Source: Nitrosopumilus sp. (GTDB lineage: Archaea; Thermoproteota; Nitrososphaeria; Nitrososphaerales; Nitrosopumilaceae). Taken from it: a stretch of DNA of 64,000 nt. The stretch's first letter is position 1. Each line of letters begins with the position of its first letter. Below, one piece after another: positions 19,401 to 29,868 of the stretch. Location of the stretch: positions 1,952,001-2,016,000 of the forward strand of contig OZ241981.1 of NCBI GenBank assembly GCA_965204345.1, in the 5' to 3' direction. Position numbers and translations under genes: made by a program. The notes beneath the pieces were generated by a model. It searched no databases and was not told the origin of the DNA. It was given only the letters and a program-made list of their open reading frames with translations.

Positions 19401-19474
19401 TGGTCATGACCTCATGGGAATCAAACCCGTACCCAAGGAGTATCAAGCCTCATGTGACCATTACACAAGGACTT
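19401..19474 (-). pseudogene. Degenerate tRNA-like relic
   Basis: Minus strand has D-arm-like GTGTAATGGTCAC and T-arm-like GGGTTTGATTCCC at tRNA spacing, ending ACCA; acceptor and anticodon stems pair poorly. Confidence 0.35.
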
Positions 19475-19774
19475 ACAAGGTTTTTTAATTGGATAGTGTC
19501 ATAATGATATTAAAAGTCTTGACCCTAAGACATGCTAATTACATTAGCCTGGTTTTCCTTTCTGCCAAGGCCCACAGCTCTTCAAGTGAAAAGAAAACAA
19601 AATTTTATCAAAACAAATGACTGCTTGCTTCTCAAACAATCTTGGCAGATGTTGTGTTTTCCAATATCAAATAATCATCAACATTCTCTGACTGTCTGAA
19701 ATTATTTCCGGTTTTACTGCATTGAGTCATTCCGTTATGCCGGCAGACCTTTGTTTTCAATACATGAAAAGGAA

Positions 19775-19819
19775 TTCTGGTAAATTCCGATGATCAATTC
19801 GTCAAAATTTACCAAATCC
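19775..19819 (+). mobile_element. 3' fragment of the MITE-like repeat
   Basis: taaattccgatgatcaattcgtcaaaatttaccaaatcc aligns with the repeat right end taaattccagtgatcagttcatcagaatttgcctgaacc. Confidence 0.6.
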
Positions 19820-19890
19820 ATGCGAAATCTTGATATTTCCAGCAAGTCATCTGTTAGTCATTTTTAATAACAAGGCAATCCACACTATGT

Positions 19891-21387
19891 ATGGCTGGAA
19901 TTGTAATGTCAGGATTTTTGGTTTTGGGCACCGTGATGATGATAGTGATGGTGCCAGCATATGCTGCATCCACTGACTCACCATTGGAACAGTATCAGTC
20001 AGGCATACCAATAGGCATGATTCAGTGTAATGACGGCAAGCTTTTGATGATGACTTCTGCAGGCAAGCCCGTTTGCGTAACTAGTGATTCTGCTCTGCGA
20101 TTAGCATATAGGGACTATGCCACGGTATACCAGCCAGATATATCTCAAAAAGCCAACGCCAAAAGCGTAACAGGGTCAAACAACAATGACGAGGACACCT
20201 CGGCAGATGATGATGCCGTTACTATGGATGATGGTATCACCACAAAGATGCAGCCATCTAATTATACCCGTATTGCAGCTACGAACAATCAGTTTGCAAT
20301 TGATTTTTACAGACAGATATCAGACACTCCTGAAAATATATTCTTTTCACCTGTCAGCATGTATCTAGCATTTTCAATACTGTATGAGGGTGCCGGAGAA
20401 AACACTGCGCAAGAAATGCAGGATGTCTTTGGATTTGAACCAGACAAAGATGCACGCCACAACTCTACATCACATTTTATATCCTCAATAAACCAAGATG
20501 ATCCATACATAGAACTGAATACGGCAAACGCACTTTGGATTGTAGACTGGTTTGAACCATATGATTCCTATACCTCTGTGGCACGAGAGACATATCTTTC
20601 CACCGCAGAAAAGGTAAACTTTTTGGATGCAGATGACGGTGTAAAAAGGATAAACCAGTGGGCCTCTGATAACACAAACGGCAAGATTGAAAAAGTAATT
20701 GCTCCGGCGGATGTAAACGAATTGACTGCAATGGTAATCAACAATGCCATATACTTTAAGGGCACATGGAAAACACAGTTCCCAGAGGAGGACACCGCAG
20801 AGTCCGCCTTTTGGAAGAATAGCGAGGATTCTGTAGATGTAGATTTTATGACGGTGCTAGGCAGATTCGACTTTGGATTATTAGATAATGCTAGGATGCT
20901 AAAAATGCCATACGATGGCGACAGGCTATCGATGTTGGTAATCCTGCCAGACGATACAGACGGCCTAAAACATCTGGAGGATTCCATATCACATGAACAG
21001 ATTAGACAATGGACACAGAACTTGTATAATCAACGAGAAGTTCTAGTATCAATTCCAAAGTTCCAAATAGCTGAAAAATATATTCTTAACGAACCGCTGA
21101 TGAATCTTGGAATGCCAGATGTGTTTAGTCCAGACAATGCTAATCTTGGAGGAATTGCAGATATTTCTTCAGGTAACAACCTATACGTAACTGCTGCAAT
21201 TCAGGACACGTTTATAGACGTAAATGAAGAAGGGACAGAAGCGGCTGCTGTAACAACTATCATTTCTGCGCGAGAAAGCCTACCACCTCCACCTCCACAA
21301 TTCATTGCAGATCATCCGTTTTTGTTTATAATTCAGGATGATGAGAGCGGTACGATTCTGTTTATGGGAAAGATATCTGATCCGTAA
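19891..21387 (+). CDS. Secreted serpin (serine protease inhibitor) with N-terminal thaumarchaeal Cys-containing domain
   Basis: NIFFSPVS, NAIYFKGTW, hinge EEGTEAAA and FIADHPFLF motifs; signal peptide; SPLEQ...IQC...PVCV N-domain. Confidence 0.95.
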   Translation: MAGIVMSGFLVLGTVMMIVMVPAYAASTDSPLEQYQSGIPIGMIQCNDGKLLMMTSAGKPVCVTSDSALRLAYRDYATVYQPDISQKANAKSVTGSNNNDEDTSADDDAVTMDDGITTKMQPSNYTRIAATNNQFAIDFYRQISDTPENIFFSPVSMYLAFSILYEGAGENTAQEMQDVFGFEPDKDARHNSTSHFISSINQDDPYIELNTANALWIVDWFEPYDSYTSVARETYLSTAEKVNFLDADDGVKRINQWASDNTNGKIEKVIAPADVNELTAMVINNAIYFKGTWKTQFPEEDTAESAFWKNSEDSVDVDFMTVLGRFDFGLLDNARMLKMPYDGDRLSMLVILPDDTDGLKHLEDSISHEQIRQWTQNLYNQREVLVSIPKFQIAEKYILNEPLMNLGMPDVFSPDNANLGGIADISSGNNLYVTAAIQDTFIDVNEEGTEAAAVTTIISARESLPPPPPQFIADHPFLFIIQDDESGTILFMGKISDP

Positions 21388-21404
21388 ACTATAGTTGTGC
21401 ACTA

Positions 21405-21550
21405 CGGTTCTGGTACATTCTGGCGTTCCATGCCATAAATTCACAGATTTAGCTGTCTCTGAAAATACTTTGGGAATTTTTTTCTGAGTATTACCTCTTG
21501 GTAATTTTTAAGAGAATCATCTTTTGGCAATTTGCTGCTAAATTCCGATG
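21405..21550 (+). mobile_element. 5' part of the MITE-like repeat (lacks right TIR)
   Basis: cggttctggtacattctggcgttccatgccataaattcacagattt...ttaagagaatcatcttttggcaattt aligns with 12197-12325. Confidence 0.75.
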
Positions 21551-22097
21551 CTTTTCAAGAATTGTTATAAAGTTTCAGAAAAAGGTTTCAAATAACTTTC
21601 AATTTTTACTCTGATATTTTTTTTCTTTGATTTATGATTGTCATTGCATGTCCTTGCAAATGACCCTTGTCTAGCAGATATTTTTTGTGTTGTGAATACT
21701 GAATTCTTTTCCACCACAGCTGTACTTCATATTTTTTTATTAACGTCCTGTATCAATTCATGCTTGATTTTTAAAATTTGGAATGTGTGCTGGGAGTAAC
21801 CCTCCTTCTGTTTTCACGATATTTCGCTTTGCAGCCTACCTGAACCTAGTACAGGATCTTAAAGTTCTGTTTGGCTTTGCTCCATGTGGGTCGTCTGTTT
21901 CATTCCTTTTATGGAAACCTCAGGTTTTGCCATCACCGTGCGCCATATTGGATTCTTTTCTGTTCCGTTGCCAATCATCTCTGATTATCTATCTCCAGAT
22001 CACATTTCCTGTATGGAGGGAGGAGTTTCCTCTGCCGTAGCAGTGTGTCGTGCTCCAGCTCACATAATTCCTATTTCTTAATTGGATTTGAGTATTA

Positions 22098-22724
22098 CTA
22101 TGCAGGTCTTGTACCTATTATAAACAAAGTTCCAAATTCTCGTTTCCATTTTTTCTTATTTTTTAAATCTTTGATTTGTTTGGTTTTTACTTTAAATCCC
22201 GCATTCTTGAAAAATTCCATCCATTCTTTTTTTGAATGCAAGTGCATTTGTATCTTCATAATTTTTGCCCATCTAGATGTTGCTTTATTGTCTTTGTAAA
22301 AATCAGTACCACAAAAAAACTGCCCTCCATGCTTTGTCAATTTGTATATCTTATCTAATGCAACCTCTATAGAATCTGCATAATAAAGTGATTCCATTGA
22401 AAAGATAAAATCAAACTTTCTTTTACCGTCTAGTGATTCGATATCTGTATGTATGAATTCCTCTTTTTTACTTTCTACCCTTTTTTCTGATTCTTTTATC
22501 ATGTTTTTACTTTTGTCTATGCCTGTAGCTTTTTTACAATTTTCTTCTTTTGAAATTTTTCTTATGACCCATCCATTTCCACATCCTATGTCTAAGAATG
22601 TAAATTTCTTCTCAAATGATATTGTCTTTAAAAATTTTAAAACATTCTTCCCGTGCTCTATCTCCATTGATTCTGCCTTTCCGTTTTTAGCCCACCTGTC
22701 AAAAGTTTCCCTGACTTTGTCCAT
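22098..22724 (-). CDS. Class I SAM-dependent methyltransferase
   Basis: FLDIGCGNG and FDFIFSMESLYY motifs. Confidence 0.9.
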   Translation of the reverse strand: MDKVRETFDRWAKNGKAESMEIEHGKNVLKFLKTISFEKKFTFLDIGCGNGWVIRKISKEENCKKATGIDKSKNMIKESEKRVESKKEEFIHTDIESLDGKRKFDFIFSMESLYYADSIEVALDKIYKLTKHGGQFFCGTDFYKDNKATSRWAKIMKIQMHLHSKKEWMEFFKNAGFKVKTKQIKDLKNKKKWKREFGTLFIIGTRPA

Positions 22725-22846
22725 TTACCTTGATTAATTCATTCTCAATATAATCTTCATCTTGCTGGTCATTGCTATGGATGAATTGCTGTGTTTCTTA
22801 TGTGCAATTTTGATGAATTATCTTCAAATAAGACTGCCTGATGATA

Positions 22847-22948
22847 CTAGTATTGCCTTTTGGGCAGTTACTATCTGGAATGGTGCATCTCATGAGAACA
22901 TCTAGCATCCTGCAATGAATGCTAGTATTGCCTTTTGGGCAGTTACTA
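22847..22948. repeat. Two identical 27-bp palindromic repeats separated by 48 bp
   Basis: ctagtattgccttttgggcagttacta at 22847 and 22922. Confidence 0.9.
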
Positions 22949-23029
22949 GGCCTGATTTGGTCCAATCTGACTATTATACATATCATAGCTGCTCAAGTTT
23001 TAAGTAATATGAGCCTCGATTTGATTCTT

Positions 23030-25987
23030 ATGAGGAAAATTCCAATAGTTTTGAGTATCTTTGTGCTACTTTTAATGCCTGTTTATGCCTCTGCTCAAAC
23101 CCCAGCTGGAATTACTATTCTTGAAAATTTTGGTGACTATAGCAATGGAGAACCGTTGTTTGTTTATGGTCAAATTGCCAATCCTGTAGATGATTCCTTT
23201 TTGATCATGCAAATTTTTAATCCTAATGAGGATCTGTGCCAAATTCAACAGCTGATACCATTAGAAAATGGCGTCTTTATCACTGATGTAATTCCCCTAA
23301 AGGGTAGGATATGTGGAACTCCTGGAGAATATGAAATAAAATTATTTTATGGTGACATGTCCAAGTCTACGACATTTAATGTTTCATCTGATTCTTTTAT
23401 AGAACCAGACACTGAACAAAAAATACTCTTGGCTCAGAATTTAATTTCTGAACAAACAGCTATCATTGAGCAAATATCTGACATTTCTTTATCTTCATCA
23501 AATCCGGTTGCAAGTGATTTAGACACTTTAGAATCTGATTATGTATCTTTGTGGGGTGAGTTTTTTGTAGATGATTTAATTTTTGAAATCGATCCTTTGA
23601 TCAGACCTGCCATAGAATCATCTTTAGATTCTGTAGAGAAAATGTTAGATGACGGTGAGATTTCTTTTGAGATTGCGCAATCCATTGATAATGTGTTATT
23701 TGCATCTGTTTTTTACTATGAAATTGGCGATAAAGCCAAAGCAATTGACCTGTTAGCTGATGCTTTTGTAGACATAAGAAATGCCAATCCAGAAAAAACA
23801 GCCACCCAAAGGATTCCTACTTTTGATGAATTAGAAGCAACGCTGCTAAATCTAATGACAAAATCTGACACCGTACTGAGCAAATCAGTTAAAAATGAAA
23901 TTGGCTTTATTTTTGCTAGAGGTACTGCTCCTGTCTATACATATGAACTTGCTGAGCTTATTGATATTTTAACTAAATCTCGTTATCTTGACGTTGTATC
24001 TAGAAAGCAAAGTGATCTTTACAACTTGGTTCAACGTGATTGGGAATCTCTAAAACTTTCTTTAATTGGCAAGGACTCCATTGAAGAGTTAATTCTCTCC
24101 ATTGAGCGTGTCTCTAAACTGCATCAGGCTGCAATTCTTTTACGTGAACTTGATAGCGTTGATAGGTTCATTTCTTCAGATTCTGAGGAAAACAGTGATC
24201 TTGCTAATCTCATTATGAATGATTGGGATGACCTAGAACGTGATTTATCTTTGGCATCTAACGTAGATGATATCCTCGAATCTGAATCAAAAATCAATCA
24301 AATGGCACAAGTTATTGATATTTCATCTAGAATTCACAAAAGTGTTGAAATTTCACAAAGCAACGGTGTTGACCCCAAGCTTGCAAGTAGTTGGAGTCTG
24401 CTTTTAGAACAAGTTGAAAATGCTAATTCTGTAGATGATGTTTTACAAATTGTGTCTGAATTTAATCAATCCATGACTGAACTTAGAGAAAAACGAAATC
24501 CATTGACTGTATTAAAACTCCAATATGACAGCATGAAAGAAACTGCAAAACTTCAGGCTGATTATGAAAATTTGGTTTTAATTGATAATGCACTACAGAT
24601 TCTAAAGACTGCTAAAGAAATGGAATCTGGCAATCCTTCCATAACTAGGATTGATCGAATTGAGGTTTTGCTAACTTGGGTTAGTGAAAAGGCCCCCTTG
24701 ATAAAAAGTGATTTAGACGCATATAATAAAGACACATACAAAGTCCGGGCAAGTGATATTTTACAGCGTGCAAAATCCCTTGAAAATTTAGCTGAACTAA
24801 GTTTAACAAAGAACAAGTTCCTGCCAAAATATGTTGAATTTGCTGAAACGTTCAATGAAAAAATTGACAATGCTAGGGATCTTGTAATTAAAAACCAGCT
24901 TAATGAAGCTGATAAACTAGTTGATGCCTTATTTGACGAATGGACTATGGTTTCAAAAGCATATACTGATGATCCATTCGGTTCTAATACCGGATATAAC
25001 CTAGATGAAATCAAGCGAATTGAATTTTATGAAAAATTAGATGGCTTTTCAAACATGGTATCTACTTTCCACAATGCCGATTTTTCTGAATATGTCGATG
25101 AATATGAACAGAAAATGAGTGACGCTAATGATTTGATCGAGATTGCCAATTTTGTGGATGCTGAATCAAAAATTTTAGAAATTGGCTCGTATCTTAGTGA
25201 ACATTTGGTATTAAATGATGAAAATATCATGTTTGACATTTCATTTGATACTGAAAAAGATATCTGGATAATCTCTGGCGCTACTGACAAATCTACTTTT
25301 GATAGACGTGAAAATCTGTATGTAACAGTATACAACATGGATGGTACCACTCATAGCAGTCTTGAATTTACTGATACCAAGCAAGGAAACTTTTTGACCC
25401 AATGGGTTGCCCCTACTGATTCTGGATTGTACGTTGTAATGCTACAGTACAAAGATTCACAGGCTACACAAATTGTAAATGTTGAAGAAAAATTTGACTA
25501 TGAATATACTGCATCTGATTTAGACATGGTTGATTTGGCACGCGAATTTGGTGAATTAGAATCATTTGCTGAAAATTTCGGCGGTAATTCCTTTTATGAT
25601 AATCCACGATTTTCTTCTGTGATTAATGAAATCAAACTTGCATTTGGTAACAAAGATGAGAAACGCATAGATGATAACCTGGAAGAACTAAAAACGTTAA
25701 TTGAGCGCTATCTGCCTGTTCGTTCTCGTTCTGCTGTAGTTGAGGTTGCCTATGACAATGATAAATTAGTTGTATCCGGCGCAGTCGAAAAAGCTGTGAC
25801 GTTTAGGGAAGATTTGTTTGTTGATGTATATGATCAAAGAGGTGAATTGGTTGAGGCGATTGCTCTTAAGGACAATCCATCTGGTCTATTTACTGAAGTT
25901 GTTCCACGCTCACTTGATTCAGGCATTTATGTTGCACAATTACAATATCATGACATGTTGGTAACTGATTTCTTTAATGTAAACTAG
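23030..25987 (+). CDS. Large secreted hypothetical protein (helical core, terminal beta modules)
   Basis: ORF track start at 22919 lies within the repeat; MRKIPIVLSIFVLLL signal peptide at 23030, with TATA-like ttttaag about 30 nt upstream, is more likely. Confidence 0.8.
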   Translation: MRKIPIVLSIFVLLLMPVYASAQTPAGITILENFGDYSNGEPLFVYGQIANPVDDSFLIMQIFNPNEDLCQIQQLIPLENGVFITDVIPLKGRICGTPGEYEIKLFYGDMSKSTTFNVSSDSFIEPDTEQKILLAQNLISEQTAIIEQISDISLSSSNPVASDLDTLESDYVSLWGEFFVDDLIFEIDPLIRPAIESSLDSVEKMLDDGEISFEIAQSIDNVLFASVFYYEIGDKAKAIDLLADAFVDIRNANPEKTATQRIPTFDELEATLLNLMTKSDTVLSKSVKNEIGFIFARGTAPVYTYELAELIDILTKSRYLDVVSRKQSDLYNLVQRDWESLKLSLIGKDSIEELILSIERVSKLHQAAILLRELDSVDRFISSDSEENSDLANLIMNDWDDLERDLSLASNVDDILESESKINQMAQVIDISSRIHKSVEISQSNGVDPKLASSWSLLLEQVENANSVDDVLQIVSEFNQSMTELREKRNPLTVLKLQYDSMKETAKLQADYENLVLIDNALQILKTAKEMESGNPSITRIDRIEVLLTWVSEKAPLIKSDLDAYNKDTYKVRASDILQRAKSLENLAELSLTKNKFLPKYVEFAETFNEKIDNARDLVIKNQLNEADKLVDALFDEWTMVSKAYTDDPFGSNTGYNLDEIKRIEFYEKLDGFSNMVSTFHNADFSEYVDEYEQKMSDANDLIEIANFVDAESKILEIGSYLSEHLVLNDENIMFDISFDTEKDIWIISGATDKSTFDRRENLYVTVYNMDGTTHSSLEFTDTKQGNFLTQWVAPTDSGLYVVMLQYKDSQATQIVNVEEKFDYEYTASDLDMVDLAREFGELESFAENFGGNSFYDNPRFSSVINEIKLAFGNKDEKRIDDNLEELKTLIERYLPVRSRSAVVEVAYDNDKLVVSGAVEKAVTFREDLFVDVYDQRGELVEAIALKDNPSGLFTEVVPRSLDSGIYVAQLQYHDMLVTDFFNVN

Positions 25988-27205
25988 TCAGTTTTTTCTT
26001 TTCACCAAACTGAATAATTGCCTTACTGCAAGTTTGGGGTGATGGGCAGCTAGTTTGATCATATTTGATATTCCAAAATCTGCCTTAATGAAATCGATAA
26101 ACTCCTCGGACTTTAACTCCCTAATGATATCAAGTTCTTTATCCCATTGTACATCTGTCAGTCCCATCCATCTGTCTTGTACCTTGCTTGCAGAGTTTAT
26201 TTTTGATTCAATCTCTTTTCTCCAATTTTCTTCATATGAGTAAAGGGCTTCCTTGTCAGTTTTCCCTTTTTTTATTGCATCTGATGCCACCTTGCCTGCT
26301 ACCCTGCCAAATTTTATTGCGTATCTGATTCCTTCTAGCACCAATGGGTTTGCTTGTCCGGCCGAATCTCCGACTAGCATCAAATTATTGAAAACCGTCT
26401 GTCTTGATAGCCCATCATTTGGAATTAGTCCATAATGAAACTCAACTTTTGTTATCCTGCCCAATTTTTTGATAGGCCCTGTCTGTTTTTCCATTAGTTC
26501 GTCTAGTCTTTCTCTGGGGTCTACATCTGACTCTGGCTTTCCTACTCCCACTCCGATTCTTACCGTATCCTTGCCTAGTGGAAAGATCCACGCATAGCCT
26601 GCCGGAGAATATTCTTGCCCTACCATCAACCACCACGTATCTGAATCTACATTTTCTGCTTTAGCTTCATATTCTGCACCAGCTCCAAATCTTTCCCATT
26701 GTCTTACAAATCCCATTGCCTTACAAACCGTTGATGCAAATCCGGTTGCATCAATTACAACTTTGGAATGAAATGTTATTTTTTCCCTCCCCGCTCCTGT
26801 GCCCGTAACTCCAACTATGTCTTCCTTTTCATTCTTTATGACATTGCTGATGTTTGTCTTAACAAAAATATCTGCTCCTGCATTTTTGGCTTGATCTGCT
26901 AGCCATCTATATGTTTTTCTTACATCCAATACTGCGGCCCGCGAAATTGGGTCACTTATTGTTACCTCATTATTTGGCGAACAAAATGAAAAATTCTTGA
27001 TTGGATTAAAGCAATCATCTGGAATTCCAAAGTCTTTGATATTTTGAATCCATGTCACTCCGCTTGTTCTTACTGTCTCTGCTATGGTGCTTTCTTTTTC
27101 CAATAATGCAACCTTGACTCCGTTTTTTGCAGCCGCATATGCTGCTGATGACCCTGCCGGACCTCCCCCGACAATTACTAAATCATAATGATACTCTTCA
27201 TCCAT
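25988..27205 (-). CDS. Geranylgeranyl reductase family FAD-dependent oxidoreductase
   Basis: IVGGGPAGS, PAGYAWIFP and VGDSAG...EGI motifs. Confidence 0.9.
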   Translation of the reverse strand: MDEEYHYDLVIVGGGPAGSSAAYAAAKNGVKVALLEKESTIAETVRTSGVTWIQNIKDFGIPDDCFNPIKNFSFCSPNNEVTISDPISRAAVLDVRKTYRWLADQAKNAGADIFVKTNISNVIKNEKEDIVGVTGTGAGREKITFHSKVVIDATGFASTVCKAMGFVRQWERFGAGAEYEAKAENVDSDTWWLMVGQEYSPAGYAWIFPLGKDTVRIGVGVGKPESDVDPRERLDELMEKQTGPIKKLGRITKVEFHYGLIPNDGLSRQTVFNNLMLVGDSAGQANPLVLEGIRYAIKFGRVAGKVASDAIKKGKTDKEALYSYEENWRKEIESKINSASKVQDRWMGLTDVQWDKELDIIRELKSEEFIDFIKADFGISNMIKLAAHHPKLAVRQLFSLVKRKN

Positions 27206-27256
27206 TCTGTCTAACCTATAATGACCCGTGATATAATTTTGAGGTCTGATTGACTT

Positions 27257-27466
27257 TTATTTTTTTAATACTGGGGTTCCGGTAGCATCGTTTTCCCTTT
27301 CTGCATCAAATGTTTCCATATGTGCCGGATCCCTGTGCATGAAACTGTGTGTTTCTCCTTCTGTTTTTCTACAGAATTTTGAGTGAATGGTCTCCTCAAC
27401 CTTTAGGGTTGTTTCATTTTCATGAAATAGTCGTTTTCCACAGTCAGGACACACAAATTCAGGCAT
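27257..27466 (-). CDS. Small zinc-finger protein
   Basis: MPEFVCPDCG...HSKFC. Confidence 0.65.
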   Translation of the reverse strand: MPEFVCPDCGKRLFHENETTLKVEETIHSKFCRKTEGETHSFMHRDPAHMETFDAERENDATGTPVLKK

Positions 27467-27558
27467 AAATTTGGTCTGTATCAAATCTATTTAGATGTTT
27501 CATGCTTGGCCCCTGTCATGGGGATAAACTTTAGATGTCAATCCCGTTATTGTAAAAT

Positions 27559-27675
27559 ATGGACGAATCTGAATTCATTCCTTTTATTATGTGGTCCGCA
27601 GTTACCGGGATTATAATGGCAGTTACTGGGCTTAGCTACAGGGTTTATTTGAAGAAAAATAATTCCTACTCTTGA
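27559..27675 (+). CDS. Small membrane peptide (38 aa)
   Basis: Hand translation: MDESEFIPFIMWSAVTGIIMAVTGLSYRVYLKKNNSYS; one TM plus basic tail. Confidence 0.5.
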   Translation: MDESEFIPFIMWSAVTGIIMAVTGLSYRVYLKKNNSYS

Positions 27676-28156
27676 TTTAAATATCTTCTAATCAGGCATG
27701 GAATTTAATTTTGTTGTATTGTGCCATGTCTTTATTTTGTCTTTTTCTGACTCTCTTTTTTTGGGAATTGTTCTCTTTGACTTCCTATGTTCATATATTA
27801 TGTGACAATTGTAAATTCTTTTGCTGTCAATTAAGTTACAAATATTATGATATGAGATCTCTTAAATCCTTGATGCCTCTTGATAGTCCTTGAACTGTTT
27901 GATAATTTTTGGAGAAACTACAAATCTCCAAAGTTTCTGGATTGGCAAAATCAACTATTAATTGAACGCGGCTTTTTGATAATGGCAGTTATGAATTAAC
28001 TCTTGAGATCAACAAAATTAAAAAATACCAATCTTTGCCTGATGGTGCGGATATTAGCATTGACAACAAGTTACTGTAAACGTGCAATTTGCTGAAAAAT
28101 ATCATTTCACAGGGTTCTATGCTGGAAACTGCTTATGCTCAAAGATTCTTTGGATA

Positions 28157-28918
28157 TTATCCTTCAGAAGCCGTTTTTCCACCGTCTACGTTCAAAATGA
28201 CTCCGGTAACCCAGCTTGCCTCCTCTGATGCTAGATATAATGCGGCATTTGCAACATCTATTGGTTCTCCGACCCGTGCAAGTGGTAATCTTTCTTCTAG
28301 TACCTTGCGTGCTTGAGAATCATCCAGGTATGGCTTTATCATCCCTGAGTTAATTATTCCAGGGTTTACACAGTTGCATCTGATATTTCTTCTTGCATAC
28401 TCGACTGCAATTGATTTTGTGAACATTGCTATTGCAGCTTTGGTTGATGAATATACTGCTAGGTGCACTCTTGGTATTGCTCTTTCACTTGAGGTGGAAC
28501 CTATGTTTACTATCGACCCGTTTTTCACTTCTGACATTTTTGATAAAACATATCTTGTCATGTGAAATACCCCTGTTAGATTCACATCAATTAATTTTTT
28601 GATTTCCGTGTCTTGCATATTGTGAAAGTGTATTGGATCATTTATCGTTCCCGCGTTGTTTACCAGTATGTCTATTTTCCCATATGTGTCCATAATCTGA
28701 TTTACGGACTGTGATACTTGAGACTCGTCAGTTAAATCGCATGATATTGACGCAGTTGATTCTTCGTTTCCTATCTCTTTTCTAGCTGCCTCTAGCTGTT
28801 CTAGATTTCTTGCAATTAGGATTACCTTGGCTCCCTCGTCTGAAAATCTCTTTGCAATTCCCTTTCCAATGTCGCTTGATGCCCCGGTAACAATGGCAAC
28901 TTTTTCACTTAATCGCAT
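28157..28918 (-). CDS. SDR family oxidoreductase
   Basis: [12 protein letters not shown] and YSSTK motifs. Confidence 0.92.
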   Translation of the reverse strand: MRLSEKVAIVTGASSDIGKGIAKRFSDEGAKVILIARNLEQLEAARKEIGNEESTASISCDLTDESQVSQSVNQIMDTYGKIDILVNNAGTINDPIHFHNMQDTEIKKLIDVNLTGVFHMTRYVLSKMSEVKNGSIVNIGSTSSERAIPRVHLAVYSSTKAAIAMFTKSIAVEYARRNIRCNCVNPGIINSGMIKPYLDDSQARKVLEERLPLARVGEPIDVANAALYLASEEASWVTGVILNVDGGKTASEG

Positions 28919-28983
28919 ACTGTTGTATAGTGCTCATAACTTATAGAATTTATGCTGAATTTTATTCGTGAATTTAAAATATT

Positions 28984-29856
28984 TTACTGATTAATTTTTT
29001 TGATATATTCTATGATTCCTGTATAATCTATCTCTCCAAATCCTTCTTTGACTGCATCTGAGTACACTTCTTCTGCCTTTGCAATCATTGGCAGCTTGAT
29101 GCCTAATTCGTTTGCAGTGTTTGTCATGGTGGCTATGTCTTTTTTTAAATTTGCAAGCGTAAATGTTGGATCGTATCTGCCCTCAATCATTTTGTATGCC
29201 TTTTTTTCACTCATGCCTGTTCTGAAATATGTCGAGTTTAGAATTTCAAGAAATATTTTTGGATTTACATCTGCTTTTTTTACCAGGGTGATGCCTTCAG
29301 ATAGTGCCAATGCTAACATGGTGATTTGTAGATTCATGGCCAGTTTCACACAATGGGCAACTCCGTTCTCTCCCAAGTAAAACACCTTGTTTGCAATTGT
29401 ATCCAGGACTTTTTGACATTCCTGAAAACTCTTTTCGTTTCCTGATACCATCATTACTAAATCTCCTGAGATGGCAACGTTTGGCCCTCCCATTACCGGA
29501 ATGTCCAGCTTAGTTATGCCGTATTCTTTAAATTTTTTTGAAATATCTTTTGACTCTGTAGGATTTATTGTACTCATGTCTGCAACAATCAAATTCTTGT
29601 GTCTTCCCTCTATGATTCCATCTTTTTCAAAGGAAATCTGTTTTACTGCATCTGAATCCTTTACTACTATTATTGCCAGGTCTGAATTCTCTGCTACTTC
29701 TTTAGGCGATGCTGCAATCTTTGCTCCTTTGTTTTTTAATTCTAGCGTTTTTTCCTTTGTCCTGTTGTATGCTGTAACTTCAAAACCCGAATCCAGCAAA
29801 TGTGCTGCTACTGCATTGCCTAGCATCCCTAATCCTATTATGCCTATTTTCTTCAT
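28984..29856 (-). CDS. NAD(P)-dependent beta-hydroxyacid dehydrogenase (3-hydroxyisobutyrate DH family)
   Basis: IGIIGLGMLG, DMSTI, DIPVMGG and KLAMN motifs. Confidence 0.9.
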   Translation of the reverse strand: MKKIGIIGLGMLGNAVAAHLLDSGFEVTAYNRTKEKTLELKNKGAKIAASPKEVAENSDLAIIVVKDSDAVKQISFEKDGIIEGRHKNLIVADMSTINPTESKDISKKFKEYGITKLDIPVMGGPNVAISGDLVMMVSGNEKSFQECQKVLDTIANKVFYLGENGVAHCVKLAMNLQITMLALALSEGITLVKKADVNPKIFLEILNSTYFRTGMSEKKAYKMIEGRYDPTFTLANLKKDIATMTNTANELGIKLPMIAKAEEVYSDAVKEGFGEIDYTGIIEYIKKINQ

Positions 29857-29868
29857 TGCGTGTCTTCC

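Noticed and set aside
21560-22090. Short ORFs 21783-22040 and 21884-22081, or a decayed gene
   Set aside because: No recognisable motif. The minus strand looks like frameshifted coding debris, but I cannot assign a family.
22919-23029. N-terminal extension of the 1022-aa ORF
   Set aside because: It begins inside a 27-bp repeat; the signal peptide and TATA spacing favour ATG at 23030.
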